Source: Octopus vulgaris (taxonomy: Eukaryota). From it: a DNA stretch of 64,000 nucleotides. The stretch covers positions 19,654,001-19,718,000 of the forward strand of contig OX597839.1 of assembly GCA_951406725.2 (NCBI GenBank), given 5' to 3'. This document shows, in pieces, positions 1-12,343 of the stretch. The stretch's first letter is position 1, and every line of letters starts with the position of its first letter. The notes below the pieces were generated by a model. The model was not told the DNA's origin. It saw nothing but the letters and a program-made list of their open reading frames with translations, and did not search any database. Both the position numbers and the translations under genes were made by a program.

Positions 1-22
1 TTATATTTATACGTATATATGT

Positions 23-358
23 GAAGGCGCATGGCTCAGTGGTTAGAGCGTCGATCTTACGATCGTCAGATTGTGAGTTCGAATCCCAGACCAGGCTGCA
101 TGTTGTGTTCTTGAGCAAGAGACTTTATTTCACGTTGCTCGAGTTCATTCAGCTGTAAAAATGAGTTGCGATGTCACAGGTGCCAAGCTGTATCGGCCCC
201 TTTGCCCTTCCCTTGGATAACATCGGTGACGTGGAGAGGGAAGGCTGGTATGCATGGGCGACTGCTGGTCTTCCAGAAACAACATTGCCCGGACTTGCGC
301 CTGAGAGGGTAACTTTCTATGTGCAATCCCATGGTCATTCATGACCGAAGGGAGTCTC
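23..358 (+). mobile_element. tRNA-derived SINE, family E (MetaSINE-like central domain)
   Basis: A box TGGCTCAGTGG and B box GTTCGAATCC, then TGTTGTGTTCTTGAGCAAGA central domain. Reverse-complement copy at 55205-55545. Confidence 0.8.
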
Positions 359-365
359 AGCAACG

Positions 366-415
<50 letters not shown>

Positions 416-419
416 TATG

Positions 420-720
420 TGAGCACAGGACGTCCCGAAACGTGTACAACAAAAAAATATACGAAGTATGAGTACATGGAATATGAACAATTGTTTCGAA
501 CAACGAAAGGTAAAGATGGAAAACAAATCAAACAACATAAAGAACGACCCTTCATCAGTTGTTGGCTGTGTTTCTAATCTCGTATTTCGAGCATTTGGCA
601 ACAATATACGATTTCCATAACACAGTTGCTCCCGCAGAGCAAATTAAAGTTTGGGATTTTTGCGGAGGGCTAAAACTGGTGGCACAAACAGGACAGGGAA
701 AACAAACAGGAAGGGGCTTG
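420..720. repeat. Dispersed non-coding repeat
   Basis: AGAACGACCCTTCATCAGTTGT.GGCTGT...ATTTCGAGCA is shared with 46900-47050. A looser relative lies at 18160-18410, itself partly mirrored at 53722-53826. Confidence 0.55.
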
Positions 721-908
721 TCAACCATATGGTTCCGGGTTCAGTCCTACGGCATGGCACCTTGGGCAAGTGTCTTTTACTCTAGCCTCGGGTCGACCAA
801 AGCCTCGTGAGTGGATTTGGTAGACGTATATATGTATTTGTATGTCGGTGTTTGCCACCCCACTATTGCTTGACAACCGATTTTGGTGTGTTTACGTCCT
901 CGTAACTT
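721..908 (+). mobile_element. SINE family A, truncated copy
   Basis: GGTTCCGGGTTCAGTCC...GGCACCTTGGGCAAGTGTCTT...GAGTGGATTTGGTAGACG matches full copies. Confidence 0.8.
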
Positions 909-921
909 TGTATACATATAT

Positions 922-962
<41 letters not shown>

Positions 963-964
963 TA

Positions 965-1023
<59 letters not shown>

Positions 1024-1067
1024 GTATATATATACACATATATATATACATATATATATGTATATAT

Positions 1068-1114
<47 letters not shown>

Positions 1115-1141
1115 GGTAGATAGAAAAACATACAAACAGAC

Positions 1142-1178
<37 letters not shown>

Positions 1179-1196
1179 AGAGAGAGAGAGAGAGAG

Positions 1197-1276
<80 letters not shown>

Positions 1277-2101
1277 TTGATAGATAGGGGTAATATGTGG
1301 CGTATCTTTTACGTTGTGCATCTTACTAATTAGGCACCGCTTCCATGTTGCATATCTGAGCGGCCATTTGAAAAACAAACTCTGTTTACAACATCCGGCC
1401 GACATCTTCTTTCAAATTTCAAGGCTTCGCTCTTGCAAACGATGTGTTATAAAAAGCGCAAATTCGTAGACCCCCACCACCGCCATTCGCAAGTACATCC
1501 ACAACTGCACGCCAAAGAAGGTGTATGTGAGTGAGAGAGACAGAGAGAGAAAGAGAGAGAGAAAAGGAGAGAGTGAGAGCGTGACTATATGCAGGCGTGT
1601 GTATGTGTGTGTACCCGCGTATACGTGGCCATGTGTGCGTATCCGTTTGTGCGTACTTTATGCTACGTGTTATGGATACGTTTTATATGTTGTAGTTAGT
1701 TAAACGCATTTCTGTATCTGTCTGTCTCGTATCTGACTACAGACATACACACACACACGCACGCACATAGGTACACAGACAGACAGACAGACAGACAGAC
1801 ACACTGAAAAGCATATGCATTCATGCATGCATATCCATGTGTACATATGTATATAAACTGTATATATATATATATATATATGTATGCACATAAGCCTATA
1901 TATATCAATATGAATATATGTGTGTATATATATCCTTATATAGATGTGTGTATATAAATATATATATATATATATATAAATATATATACACATATGTATA
2001 TATATCTATATATATATATACAGATACACATATACATATCCATATATATATATACACATACAGATATACACATATATATACACACACATATATATATATA
2101 T

Positions 2102-2471
2102 ACGCAGGAGTGGCTGTGTGGTAAGTAGCTTGCTAACCAACCACACGGTTGCGGGTTCAGTCCCACTGCGTGGCATCTTGGGCAAGTGTCTTCTGCTATA
2201 GCCCCGGGCCGACCAATGCCTTGTGAGTGGATTTGGTAGACGGAAACTGAAAGAAGCCTGTCGTATATATGTATATATATATGTATGCGTGTGTTTGTGT
2301 GTCTGTGTTTGTCCCCCTAGCATTGCTTGACAACCGATGCTGGTGTGTTTAGGTCCCCGTCACTTAGCGGTTCGGCAAAAAGAGACCGATAGAATAAGTA
2401 CTAAAAGGTGGTGCTCCAGCATGGCCGCAGTCAAATGACTGAAACAAGTAAAAGAGTAAAAGAGAAAAGAG
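2102..2471 (+). mobile_element. SINE family A (tRNA-like head, CORE-like CTTGGGCAAGT motif, internal microsatellite, GTAAAAGA-repeat tail)
   Basis: Near-identical to 45072-45485 apart from a short internal deletion. Flanked by (TA)n. Confidence 0.9.
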
Positions 2472-2942
2472 TATACATATATATGTATATATATAGATAT
2501 ATATGCATATACATATACGTGCATATAACAACCTACGTTTATACATTGTATGTATATATATATGAGTGTATGTGTGTGTGCGTATAACGTTATAGACAAT
2601 ATATATATATATATATACACACACACACGCACACATATGCTTGCATATATATGTCTCCCAATCACAAGCGCTTGTGTGTGTGTGTTTGTATATCTGTATG
2701 TGTATGTCTATGTATGTGCGTGTGTGTGCTGGGAAAGGAGAAGGAAAGATAAATAATAAGGAAGATCGGTAGACAAGGAGACAGACACATGGACATAGAG
2801 CGCTATCGCAATTATGTAATGAGAAGCCACAGTCTTACGATGCAACCTTTCTCTAAAGTGGATTAAATAGGAGTTAAGTATTATATGCCCTATACATGAT
2901 ATCATCTCCCTCCCAGCGCTCTTACATACCTTATGATATCTT

Positions 2943-3213
2943 GTGGAGGCGCAATGGCCCAGTGGTTAAGGCAGCGGACTCGCGGTCATAGGATCGCGGT
3001 TTCGATTCCCAGACCGGGCGTTGTGAGTGTTTATTGAGCAAAAACACCTAAAGCTCCACGAGGCTCCGGCAGGGGGTGGTGGCGATCCCTGCTGTACTCT
3101 TCTCTCACTCTTTCTTCTGTTGGCCTGGGGTGGCGTCATTTGAAAGCTAAAACAATGCGAAGCGCATTGTGACCAGCGATGTGTAACAACATCTGATGGC
3201 CTGGTCGGTCACG

Positions 3214-3218
<5 letters not shown>
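2943..3218 (+). mobile_element. SINE family B, tail variant 1 (tRNA-Arg-like head, RTE-type tail)
   Basis: Head GGAGGCGCAATGGCCCAGTGGTTA...GGTTTCGATTCCC and tail TGTGACCAGCGATGTG...CTGGTCGGTCACGGTGAT. Copies at 14188 and 23993. Confidence 0.9.
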
Positions 3219-3255
<37 letters not shown>

Positions 3256-3349
3256 GTGAGTCTAATAAATCAGTAGTCACAGTGCACTTCGAATCGTTTT
3301 AGCTTCCGAATGGTACTGCTCCACTTGAATGGCAAACAGCCGAACATTC

Positions 3350-3603
3350 GGGGTGGTGGTGATCCCTGCTGTACTCTTTCACCACAACTTTCTCTCACTC
3401 TTACTTCCTGTTTCTGTTGTACCTGTATTTCAAGGGGCTGGCCTTGTCCCTCTCTGTGTCACGCTGAATATCCCCAAGAACTACGTTAAGGGTACACGTG
3501 TCTGTGGAGTGCTCAGCCACTTACACGTTAGTTTCACGAGCAGGCTGTTCCGTTGATTCGGATCAACCGGAACCCTCGTCGTCGTAACCGACGGAGTGCT
3601 TCC
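3350..3603 (+). mobile_element. SINE family B, tail variant 2, 3' part
   Basis: Matches the 3' two-thirds of the full copy at 40907-41292 and ends CGTCGTAACCGACGGAGTGCTTCC. Confidence 0.88.
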
Positions 3604-3676
3604 CTCCCATCCCATGATATCTTAAGGTAACTCATGAACTGGTAATTGTAGATATATCTAAATAATACAATGTCTT

Positions 3677-3714
<38 letters not shown>

Positions 3715-3818
3715 CTTGCGTGTATGTCTGTATAAAAATGCTTTGGCCGTCACTCGCAAGCGAGCAAGACCGGGTGGTTTGTGTCACGCTCCCATTAATT
3801 GCTTTAGGATCGTCTCCT

Positions 3819-3853
3819 GTTTCTGAAGAAGAGATTTGCTCGAAACGTTAAAC
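3819..3853 (+). ncRNA. Minimal type I hammerhead-ribozyme-like motif (PLE-type)
   Basis: GTTT-CTGAAGA-A-GAG atttg CTC-GAAAC-GTT-AAAC: 4-bp stem I, intact core, 3-bp stem II, palindromic ACGT in place of stem III. Confidence 0.55.
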
Positions 3854-3959
3854 CACCATTCTTTCCTTCCCCGAGCGTATGCTGATACTTTACATGTACA
3901 ACGTCCTCGCGTTGTGGTTTTATTTTTTTTGGTCTTCGTTTTTTTGGGGGGGATTTACT

Positions 3960-3993
<34 letters not shown>

Positions 3994-3999
3994 AAATAT

Positions 4000-4200
4000 T
4001 GAATTTCTAAATCTCTCGTAGAGACATGTATGGTGGTGGGGCGATAGAATGGTTGTATACTGCCAATCTAACAAGAACGTGACAGTAGGGGGTACACCAC
4101 CGCTGTATAGCCCTAGGAAGCATCGAACGCCTCCTGATAGTTTGACACATTTTTTCCCTGTGTCCTTATATACATATACGAAGGGGAGACAAACAGCCTG
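4000..4200 (-). repeat. PLE-pLTR-like dispersed repeat
   Basis: About 4060-4200 is a reverse-complement relative of 31880-32030 and has the same motif order as the arms of the 49764-50108 element. Confidence 0.5.
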
Positions 4201-4436
4201 TCTGCCCGTTTCTCTATCTATCTATCTGTCTTATACCTTTCTATTTATCTGTCTGTTACTCCTAATTTATTTACCGATCTACCTGCCCACCTGTCTGTTC
4301 ACCTGTAATATCTATCAACCCAGTTATGTCCCTCTCCCTCTCCCTCTTTCCCTCTCCCTCTTTCCCTCTCCCTGTCCGTCTGTCTGTCTATGTATGTCTC
4401 TTTCCATCTATCTATAAATTTGTGTATATATATGTG

Positions 4437-4823
4437 TAGCTCGCTAACCAACCACATGGTTCCGGGTTCAGTCCCACTGCGTGGCACCTTGGGCAATGTC
4501 TTCTGCTATAGCCCCGGGCCGACCAATGCCTTGTGAGTGGATTTGGTAGACGGAAACTGAAAGAAGCCTGTCGTATATATGTATATATTTATATAAGTGT
4601 GTGTGTATAGGTCTGTGTGTCTCTGTTTGTCCCCTCTAGCATTGCTTGACAACCGCTGCTGGTGTGTTTACGTCCCCGTCACTTAGCGGTTCGGCAAAAG
4701 AGACCGATAGAATAAGTACTGGGCTAACAAAAGAATAAGTCCCGGGGTCGAGTTGCTCGATTAAAGGCGGTGCTCCAGCATGGCCGCAATCAAATGACTG
4801 AAACAAGTAAAAGAGTAAAAGAG
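4437..4823 (+). mobile_element. SINE family A, slightly 5'-truncated
   Basis: Matches 45072-45485 through the GTAAAAGAGTAAAAGAG tail. Confidence 0.9.
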
Positions 4824-4845
4824 TATATGTGTGTGTGTGTATGTT

Positions 4846-4893
<48 letters not shown>

Positions 4894-5379
4894 TATATGC
4901 ATACATACATACGTATATATGTCTGTCTATTTACCTATCTATTTATGCATACATACACACACATACGCACACACACAAACATTCCTTTGTCGTTATAATT
5001 CCCTATCATCTTTCTCTTTCTCTCTCTCTCTCTCTTTCTCTCTCTCTCCATCACTTAATCTCTTTCTATTTCTTCATTTCAATCAGAACATAAACCTTCC
5101 CATCTCCACCTCAACATATCTCATCTTATTACACAAAATTAAAACCCTCCCACTCCAACACTGTTGCCCTTCCTCTTCCCTTCCCTCTTCTCCAAATGTT
5201 TGTATGAGTATGTAGCTGTGTGCGAGTGTGTGTGGTATTGTGTTTGTGTGTATGTGTGATCGTGTTTAACTGTGCATAATCTCTTAAGTCTGTTTTCCTC
5301 TCTCTCTCTGACTCTCTAATTCTCTCTCTCTCTACCTCTCTCTCTGTCACACACACAAACACACAAATAGAAACACTCT

Positions 5380-5410
<31 letters not shown>

Positions 5411-5585
5411 TCATTTATAAACACTCGTCTCTCTCTCACACACTTCTCTCTCTACCTCTGCCTCTCTCTCTCTGTCACACACTCTCACTCTCACTCACAC
5501 TATCTTTCTCTCTCTCTCTCTCTCACACACACACATACACAAACGCACAAATACAAACATTCTCTCACACATACACATACACATT

Positions 5586-5624
<39 letters not shown>

Positions 5625-6329
5625 TCTCTCTCTCTCTCATTCACACACACTTCTCTCTCTCAGTCACACACTCTCACTCTCACTCACACTATCTTTCTCT
5701 CTCTCTCTCACACACACACACACGCAATCTCTTCCCCTCTTTCACGTACATACACACCAACTCTCCCTCTTCACTCTCTCACACACACACACACACCTCT
5801 TTCACATTCACGATCTCTTTCTTACACACACGCATTATCTATTTCTCTCTCTCTCTCTCTTTCTTTCAATCTCTCTGTTTCTCTCGCTCCCTTTCTTTGG
5901 TCCCTACTTAATCTCCAAAAAGCTCCCCATGGGATTGTGCAAGTACAAACAGTAAATTTAAACGGGGTGTCATAAACCACCCCACCAAAAAAAGGAAATA
6001 AATAAATAAACAAAAGGCAAACAAAAAACACATAAAAACAAAAAAACACACACACACTAAAAAAAAAATAAAATAACCAAATACAAAACACAAATGACTA
6101 TCATCTCTCAGAAGACATCGTGTCATTCACAAATCTTCATCCTGTCATCATCAATGGCTTTAACACATGTTTAAATCTGTCTTGAATGACGTCAGAGCAA
6201 CAGCCTGAAGAAACCCTAACCCTAAACCCTTGATCCGCTCCCCCCCCTGCTCTATGCATCACCACCCTACACTCATATCCCTCCCTTCCTCCCCCGCTTC
6301 CATCTCAGACAATTTACATCCTATCTCGA

Positions 6330-6645
6330 AGCCATTTTCTTTTCTTTCCTTCCTACTGTCTTTCATTCAATTTACCTTCTTTTCTTTCTTTCATTCAATT
6401 TTCCTTCTTTTTTCACTCAATTTTCCTTTTCCTTCTTTCGTTTAATTTTCCTTTTCTTTCTTTTATTCAATTTGCCTTCTCTTCTTCATTTCATTCAATT
6501 TTCTTTCTCTTTTTTCATTCAATTTTCCTTCTTTTCTTTCAATTTTCCTCCTCTTTTTTCATTCAATTTTCCTTCTTTTCTTTCTTTTATTCAATTTTCC
6601 TTTTCTTTCTTTCATTCAATTTTCCTTCTCTTTCTTTCATTTCTT
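6330..6645. repeat. Polypyrimidine minisatellite (TTCATTCAATTTTCCTTCTTT-like unit, about 20-28 bp)
   Basis: TTCAATTTTCC recurs roughly a dozen times. Confidence 0.75.
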
Positions 6646-6677
6646 AATATTTAGTATTTCGGTTTATTTTTACTTAT

Positions 6678-7058
6678 TCTTCCCAACCACATTGTTCCGA
6701 GTTCAGTCACCTCAGGCGAGTATCTTCCACTGTAGCCACGGGTCAACCAAACCCTCATGAGTGGATTTGGTAGACGGAAACTGAAAGAATCCCGTCGTAT
6801 ATAAGTATTATGCATGTATGTATATATTTATGCATGTGCGTCTGTGTCTGTCTTTGTCTCCCTACAAACGTTTTACAACCGATGTTGGTGTGTTTACGTT
6901 CCCGTAACTTAGCGGTTCAGCAAAATAATTCCGATAGAATAAGTACTTTACTTTTTAAAAATTCAGTCCTAGGGTCGATTTCTTCGGCTAACACCCTTTA
7001 AGGCGGTACTCCAGCATGGCCGCAGTCAAATGACTGAAATAAGTAACAATGAAAGAAT
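6678..7058 (+). mobile_element. SINE family A, diverged
   Basis: GAGTGGATTTGGTAGACGGAAACTGAAAGAA...CTCCAGCATGGCCGCAGTCAAATGACTGAAA. Confidence 0.85.
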
Positions 7059-7144
7059 AAATACGTACGAAATGTCGCTAAGCATTTTGTTCGACGCACA
7101 AACGATTCTGCCAGCTCGCCGCCTTAATGCAATTCCTAATATTT

Positions 7145-8030
7145 ATTTCGCATTTGTATTTGGCTTGCAAGATTCTTTATGTGAATTCGTGTGTTGAAGC
7201 ATATTTTATTGTCTGGGGAGAATCAGTCTCCTTTAGTACCTTATTAACACACTAACCGCTTCGATTTCTACTCATATACTTATTTTATTATTTCTAAAAT
7301 TTTCATTGCGTCTTGCAACCTTTTCAATTGTCGATGACAGAGTCAACTGCTATTGAGAAGGTTGCAACACGTTGCCAGAGTCATTGACTCTCAAAGACTA
7401 TTGAAAGGTTGCAAGACATTGCCAGAGTCATTGACTCTCTCAACGGCTGTTGAAAAGGTTGCAACACGTTGCCAGAGTCATTGACTCTCTCAAGACTATT
7501 GAAAAGGTTTCAAGACGCTATGAAAGAGTCATTGACTCTCTCAACCGCTAGAGAAAAGGTTGCAACACGTTGCCAGAGTCATTGACTCTCTCAACGGCTG
7601 TTGAAAAGGTTGCAACACGTTGCCAGAGTCACTGACTCTCTCAAGACTATTGAAAAGGTTGCAACACGTTATCAGAGTCATTGACTCTCTCAAGACTATT
7701 GAAAATGTTGCAAGACGCTATGAAAGAGTCATTGACTCTCTCAACCGCTATTGAAAAGGTTGCAACACGTTGCCAGAGTCATTGACTCTCAAAGACTATT
7801 GAAAGGTTGCAAGGCGTTGTCAGAGTCATTGACTCTCTCAACGCCTACTAAAAAGGTTGAAAGACGTTGCCAGAGTCGCAGACAGAGTCAACGACTATTG
7901 AAAACATTGCAAGACGCAACGAAAATTTTAGAAAAAATAAGTAAATGAGTGGACATCGAATCGGTGAGTGTCTTAAGTAATAAGGCATTAAAGAAAATGG
8001 CTCTTCCCAAACACAATAAAAAATATACAA
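7145..8030. mobile_element. Foldback-like element: imperfect inverted arms around a tandem array of about 12 x 46-51 bp
   Basis: Arms about 7200-7330 and 7895-8030 are reverse complements. Unit CTATTGAAAAGGTTGCAACACGTTGCCAGAGTCATTGACTCTCTCAAGA. Same arm family at 58620-58885 and 63540-63690. Confidence 0.75.
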
Positions 8031-8060
8031 TTACATTTAATAATAATAATAATAATAATG

Positions 8061-8137
<77 letters not shown>

Positions 8138-8147
8138 TAATTGTATA

Positions 8148-8385
8148 AAGGTGGTGAGCTGACTGAATCGTTACCGTGCCGAACCGAATGCTTAGCGGCT
8201 TTTCGTCCGTTTTTTAGTTTTGAGTTCAAATCCCCCGAGATCGCTCTCATCTTTTCGGGAATCTTAAGTGGTCGATAAAATATGTACCAGCTGAGTACTG
8301 GGTACGATGTAATCAACTTACCCCCCACCACCACCACCACCACCACACCCGAAATTGCTGGCCTTGTACCAAAATTTGAAATAAA
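8148..8385 (+). mobile_element. SINE family C, diverged
   Basis: AAGGTGGTGAGCTGACTGAATCGTTA...GAGTTCAAATCCC matches 16669-16895. Confidence 0.75.
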
Positions 8386-8729
8386 TATTTAATCGCAAAA
8401 ATATAACAGAAGCTTTCAGACATCGAATGGCTATGGCGAGAGTACCCCCACCTCTGCCACTATCATTACCACTACCCATGTGAAATAGTAATCAAAGGTG
8501 TTCATAGGTAAAAGATGGTATAGGACCGTTGTTATGGAGACTGCTTTCAGGCTTTTATGAGGCATTTGGCCGCTATTTTAGCAGGTTGAGGTTAGATATG
8601 TCGGCTGCTGTGAATATGTGAAGGCGCTTGGTCAAATGGTAAAGATGTGCGATGGGTTCTTGAGCAAGATATTTCATTGCAGTTTACTGTGAGATCTGGG
8701 TTTTCTGGTTTCTATTAGGATTTATGTTT

Positions 8730-9950
8730 TGGATAGGAGAAAGAAGGATGAGGAAGAAAGGATGGGCGGAAAAGGGGGGTGGGAGGGAGAGTGGAAGCGA
8801 GAACAAGTAGAATGGAAGAAGAAGGAGGAGGAAAAGAAGAGGGAGATGAAGAAAACGAAGGGGAAGTGAGAGAAGGAGAAGGGAAGAAGAAGGAGGAGGA
8901 AGAGAGGAAAAGCTGAAGGAAATTGAAATGGAGGGGAGGAGAAGAGGAAGGGAAGGAAGAAGAAGAAGAGAAGAAAGAGAAATAGATGGAAAATGAAAAG
9001 GAGGGGTGGAGATGAGGAAGAAGAAGAGGAAGTAGAGAAGAAGTAGATGATGGAAGATGAAAAGGAGAAGAAGAAGAAGAAGAAGAAGAAGAAGAAGAAG
9101 GAGGAGGAGGAGAAGAAGAAGAAGAAGAAAGAGAGAAAGTAGGGAAGAAGAAGGAAGAGAGGAAGAAGGGGTAGACGAAGGAAGCGAGAAAGAAGAAGGG
9201 GAAGAAGCAGGAAGAGAGAAGGAAGACGGGTAGAAGAAGGGAGAGAGAAAGAAGAAGGGGTAGAAGAAGGAAGAGAGGAAGAAGAAGTACAACAACAACT
9301 ACAACAACAAGGGAGAGAGAAGGCGGAGTTTCAAATTTTATCAGAGTTAGAAGTATGGAGTGGGGAGACGAGTTAAAAAAGGAGTGATTGAGAAAGACAG
9401 ATAGAGGAAGAGAGAGGAGGAGAGGGGGACAGGGGCGGAGTTACGTAAGGATGGGGGTGGATGAAAACGAAAATGGGAGAGATAAAGAGGAGGAGAAATA
9501 TCGAAGGGCGGGATTAAGGTGAAAAGTGAGATAAAGAGGGTCATACTGAAAGAAGGAGAAAAATGATAGAGAGGGGGGGATAGAGAGAGAGCGAGAGAGA
9601 GACAGAATGATGATCTAATGAAATACGATAGAAAGAGAGGGAGAGAAGGATTAGTGAGAGGGTCAGAATTAAAGAGAGAGAGAGAGAGATACAGAGGGAA
9701 AAGTGATAGAGAGAGGTCGGGTGAGACAAGAGGTTGTTGATATATTTGTATAGAGGTGGGGTAAAGGGTGAGAAAGAGAGATGAGGGGTAATGTGACGTA
9801 GGTAATAGAGACACAAAAGAGAGATACAGAGAGAAAGAGAAGGGGAGAAAGGGGAGAGATAAAGAGAGAGGAGAGAGAGAGAGAGAGAGAGAGCAAGGGA
9901 GGGTAGGAGAGGCTTAGAAAGCGATGGTAGAGGGAAGAGGGAGAGATAGT
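8730..9950. repeat. Long polypurine (GA/GAA-rich) low-complexity tract
   Basis: Strong purine skew with (GAA)n and (GA)n runs. Confidence 0.85.
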
Positions 9951-10059
9951 TTTATGGAATTTGAGGATCGTGTCGAAAATTTGTTACATAAATGCTTGGA
10001 GGGGGAGAACAAATATGACCAAGATTTGGAAGTAGGAGAACCTGTATGTCAGAGAACGT

Positions 10060-10063
<4 letters not shown>

Positions 10064-10093
<30 letters not shown>

Positions 10094-10683
10094 TGTATGT
10101 ATGTATGTATGTATGTATGCATCTATGTATGCATGCATGTATGTATATAGGTATGTATGTATATATGTATGTATGTATGTATGTATGCATGCATGTATGT
10201 ATGTATGTATGTATGTATGTATGTATGTATGTATGCATCTATGTATGCATGCATGTATGTATATAGGTATGTATGTATATATGTATGTATGTATGTATGT
10301 ATGCATGCATGCATGCATGCATGCATGTATGTATGTATGTATGTATGTATGTATGTATGTATGGATGGATGGATGTAGGTATGTATGTATGTATGTATGT
10401 ATGTATGTATGTATGTATGTATGTATGTGTGTATGTATGTATGTATGTATGTAGGTATGTATGTATGTATGTATGTATGTATGTATGTATGTATGTATGT
10501 ATGTATGTATGTATGTATGTATGTATGTATGTATGTATGTATGTATGTATGTATGTATGTATGTATGTATGTATGTATGTATGCATGTATGTATGTATGT
10601 TTATATGTATGCATGTATGTATGTATGTATGTACGTATGTACGTATGTATGTATGTATGTATGTAAGTATGCATGTATGTATG

Positions 10684-10714
<31 letters not shown>

Positions 10715-10790
10715 GTATGTATGTATGTATGCATGTATGTATATAGGTATGTATGTACGTATGTATGTATGTATGTATATATGCATGTAT
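10064..10790. repeat. (TATG)n microsatellite
   Basis: Direct reading. Contains an internal duplicated variant block near 10119 and 10235. Confidence 0.95.
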
Positions 10791-10909
10791 CTATCTATCT
10801 ATCTATCAGCCTGAAGGTCTGGTTGTCCGTCTGTCTCTCTATCTGTAGGTCTATCCATTATCTGTCTCTGTTTATCTAGCTGTCTGTCTCTGTAGATCTA
10901 GCTGTTCAC

Positions 10910-11072
<163 letters not shown>

Positions 11073-12289
11073 CGAGGGACGTTCAATAAGTAATGCCTCT
11101 GACCCACTTGCAGTTGTTTGATCTAGCTGAAATTTTGCATGTGCAATCATTGATATCTCTATAGAGTAAGTGGCAACTTGCAGCTCTGAATTAATTGTGG
11201 TTTCTGATTTACAGGTGTTTGAACTGAGTCAAGTGTGAAATGGAGCCTGTTGAGTGTCGAGCAGTGATCCGGTTTTAATATTTGAAATGACGCACACCAC
11301 GGGAGACTTTTGATGAAATGAAAGTAACTTATGGTGATGATGCCCCATCATATGACCTTGTAAAACGCTGGCATCGTGAATTCAAACATGGTCGGAACTC
11401 TGTGGAAACAGCTCCCAGATCTGGTCGCCCCTTCTGCCATTGATGAGGCATCTGTCCGTCAAGTTGAGGCTGCCATTTTGGAAGATCGACGCATAATTAT
11501 TCGCCAAATAGCCCATGAGGTCAAGATTAGTACCGGGTCTGTGGAAACTATCATTCATGGCCATTTGCATATGCAAAAGGTGTCTGCCAGATGGATTCCC
11601 AGGTTGCTCACACCTTTCCAGAAGCAAGAACGCGTCGAGTGCTCGAGGGTGAATTTGGAGACGTGCCAAGAAGATGAGTCAAAATTTTTCAAAAGACTGA
11701 TTACACAGGATGAAACCTGGATCCATCACTATGATCCAGAGACCAAGCCCAGTCAATGCAGTGGAAGCACCGTGACTCAACCCCTCCAAAGAAGGCAAGG
11801 GTGCAGCCCTCCTCTGGCAAGGTCTTGCTCACAGTCTTCTGGGACCAGGACGGAGTAGTGAGAAGTTATCAAAATCAAGAGGCGGGGCAAGATCAGCAAA
11901 GGCATCCTCCTCCTGCAGGACAACGCTCCGGTCCACAATTCGCTTGTCGCCAGATCAGAAGCACAGGCGTATGGCTATGAACTCCTCCCCCATCCCCCTA
12001 CTTTCCTGACCTTGCACCCTCTGATTTTCACCTCTTCCCAGTCATGAAGTTGTTTTTGAAAGGAAAGCGTTTCCCAGATGATGCAGCCTTGATTTCTGAA
12101 GTCACGTTCAGGTTGGAGGACCAAGCTGGGGTCTTCTACAAAAACGGTCTCCAGAGCTGCGTCAAACAATGGGAGAAATGCGTAACTCTGGGTGGTTCCT
12201 ATGTAGAAAAAGACTAATAACTGTTCCAAGTTTCGTTGCTCTACTGCTATGGGAAGTGGGTCAGGGGCATTACTTATTGAACGCCCCTC

Positions 12290-12290
<1 letters not shown>
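11073..12290 (+). mobile_element. Mariner transposon (irritans/Himar1-like), defective
   Basis: TIRs of about 37 bp (CGAGGGACGTTCAATAAGTAATGCC.CTGACCCACTT) and TA target duplications. Transposase runs from ATG 11240 to TAA 12217. Confidence 0.95.
11240..12217 (+). pseudogene. Mariner DD34D transposase pseudogene
   Basis: MEPVECRAVIRF N-terminus and motifs APRSGRP, SARWIPRLL, ITQDETWIHHYDP, LQDNAPVH, PDLAPSDFHLF. Carries stops, frameshifts and a deletion of about 70 bp near 11860 relative to the second copy. Confidence 0.92.

Positions 12291-12343
<53 letters not shown>

Noticed and set aside
23-95. SINE heads as functional tRNA genes
   Set aside because: No acceptor stem, and they continue into multi-copy SINE bodies.
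540-600. CTGATGA/CTGAAGA motifs at about 552 (-), 18184, 34469 and 47012 (-) as hammerheads
   Set aside because: No downstream stem II plus GAAA at a suitable distance.
6211-6230. Telomere-like CCCTAA repeats
   Set aside because: Only two to three units, too short for an interstitial telomere call.
7350-7900. CRISPR-like array of palindromic repeats
   Set aside because: Units are contiguous with no unique spacers, there are no cas genes, and the context is eukaryotic.
8684-9896. Leu/Ser/Phe-rich ORFs resembling membrane proteins
   Set aside because: Antisense translation of a polypurine low-complexity tract.
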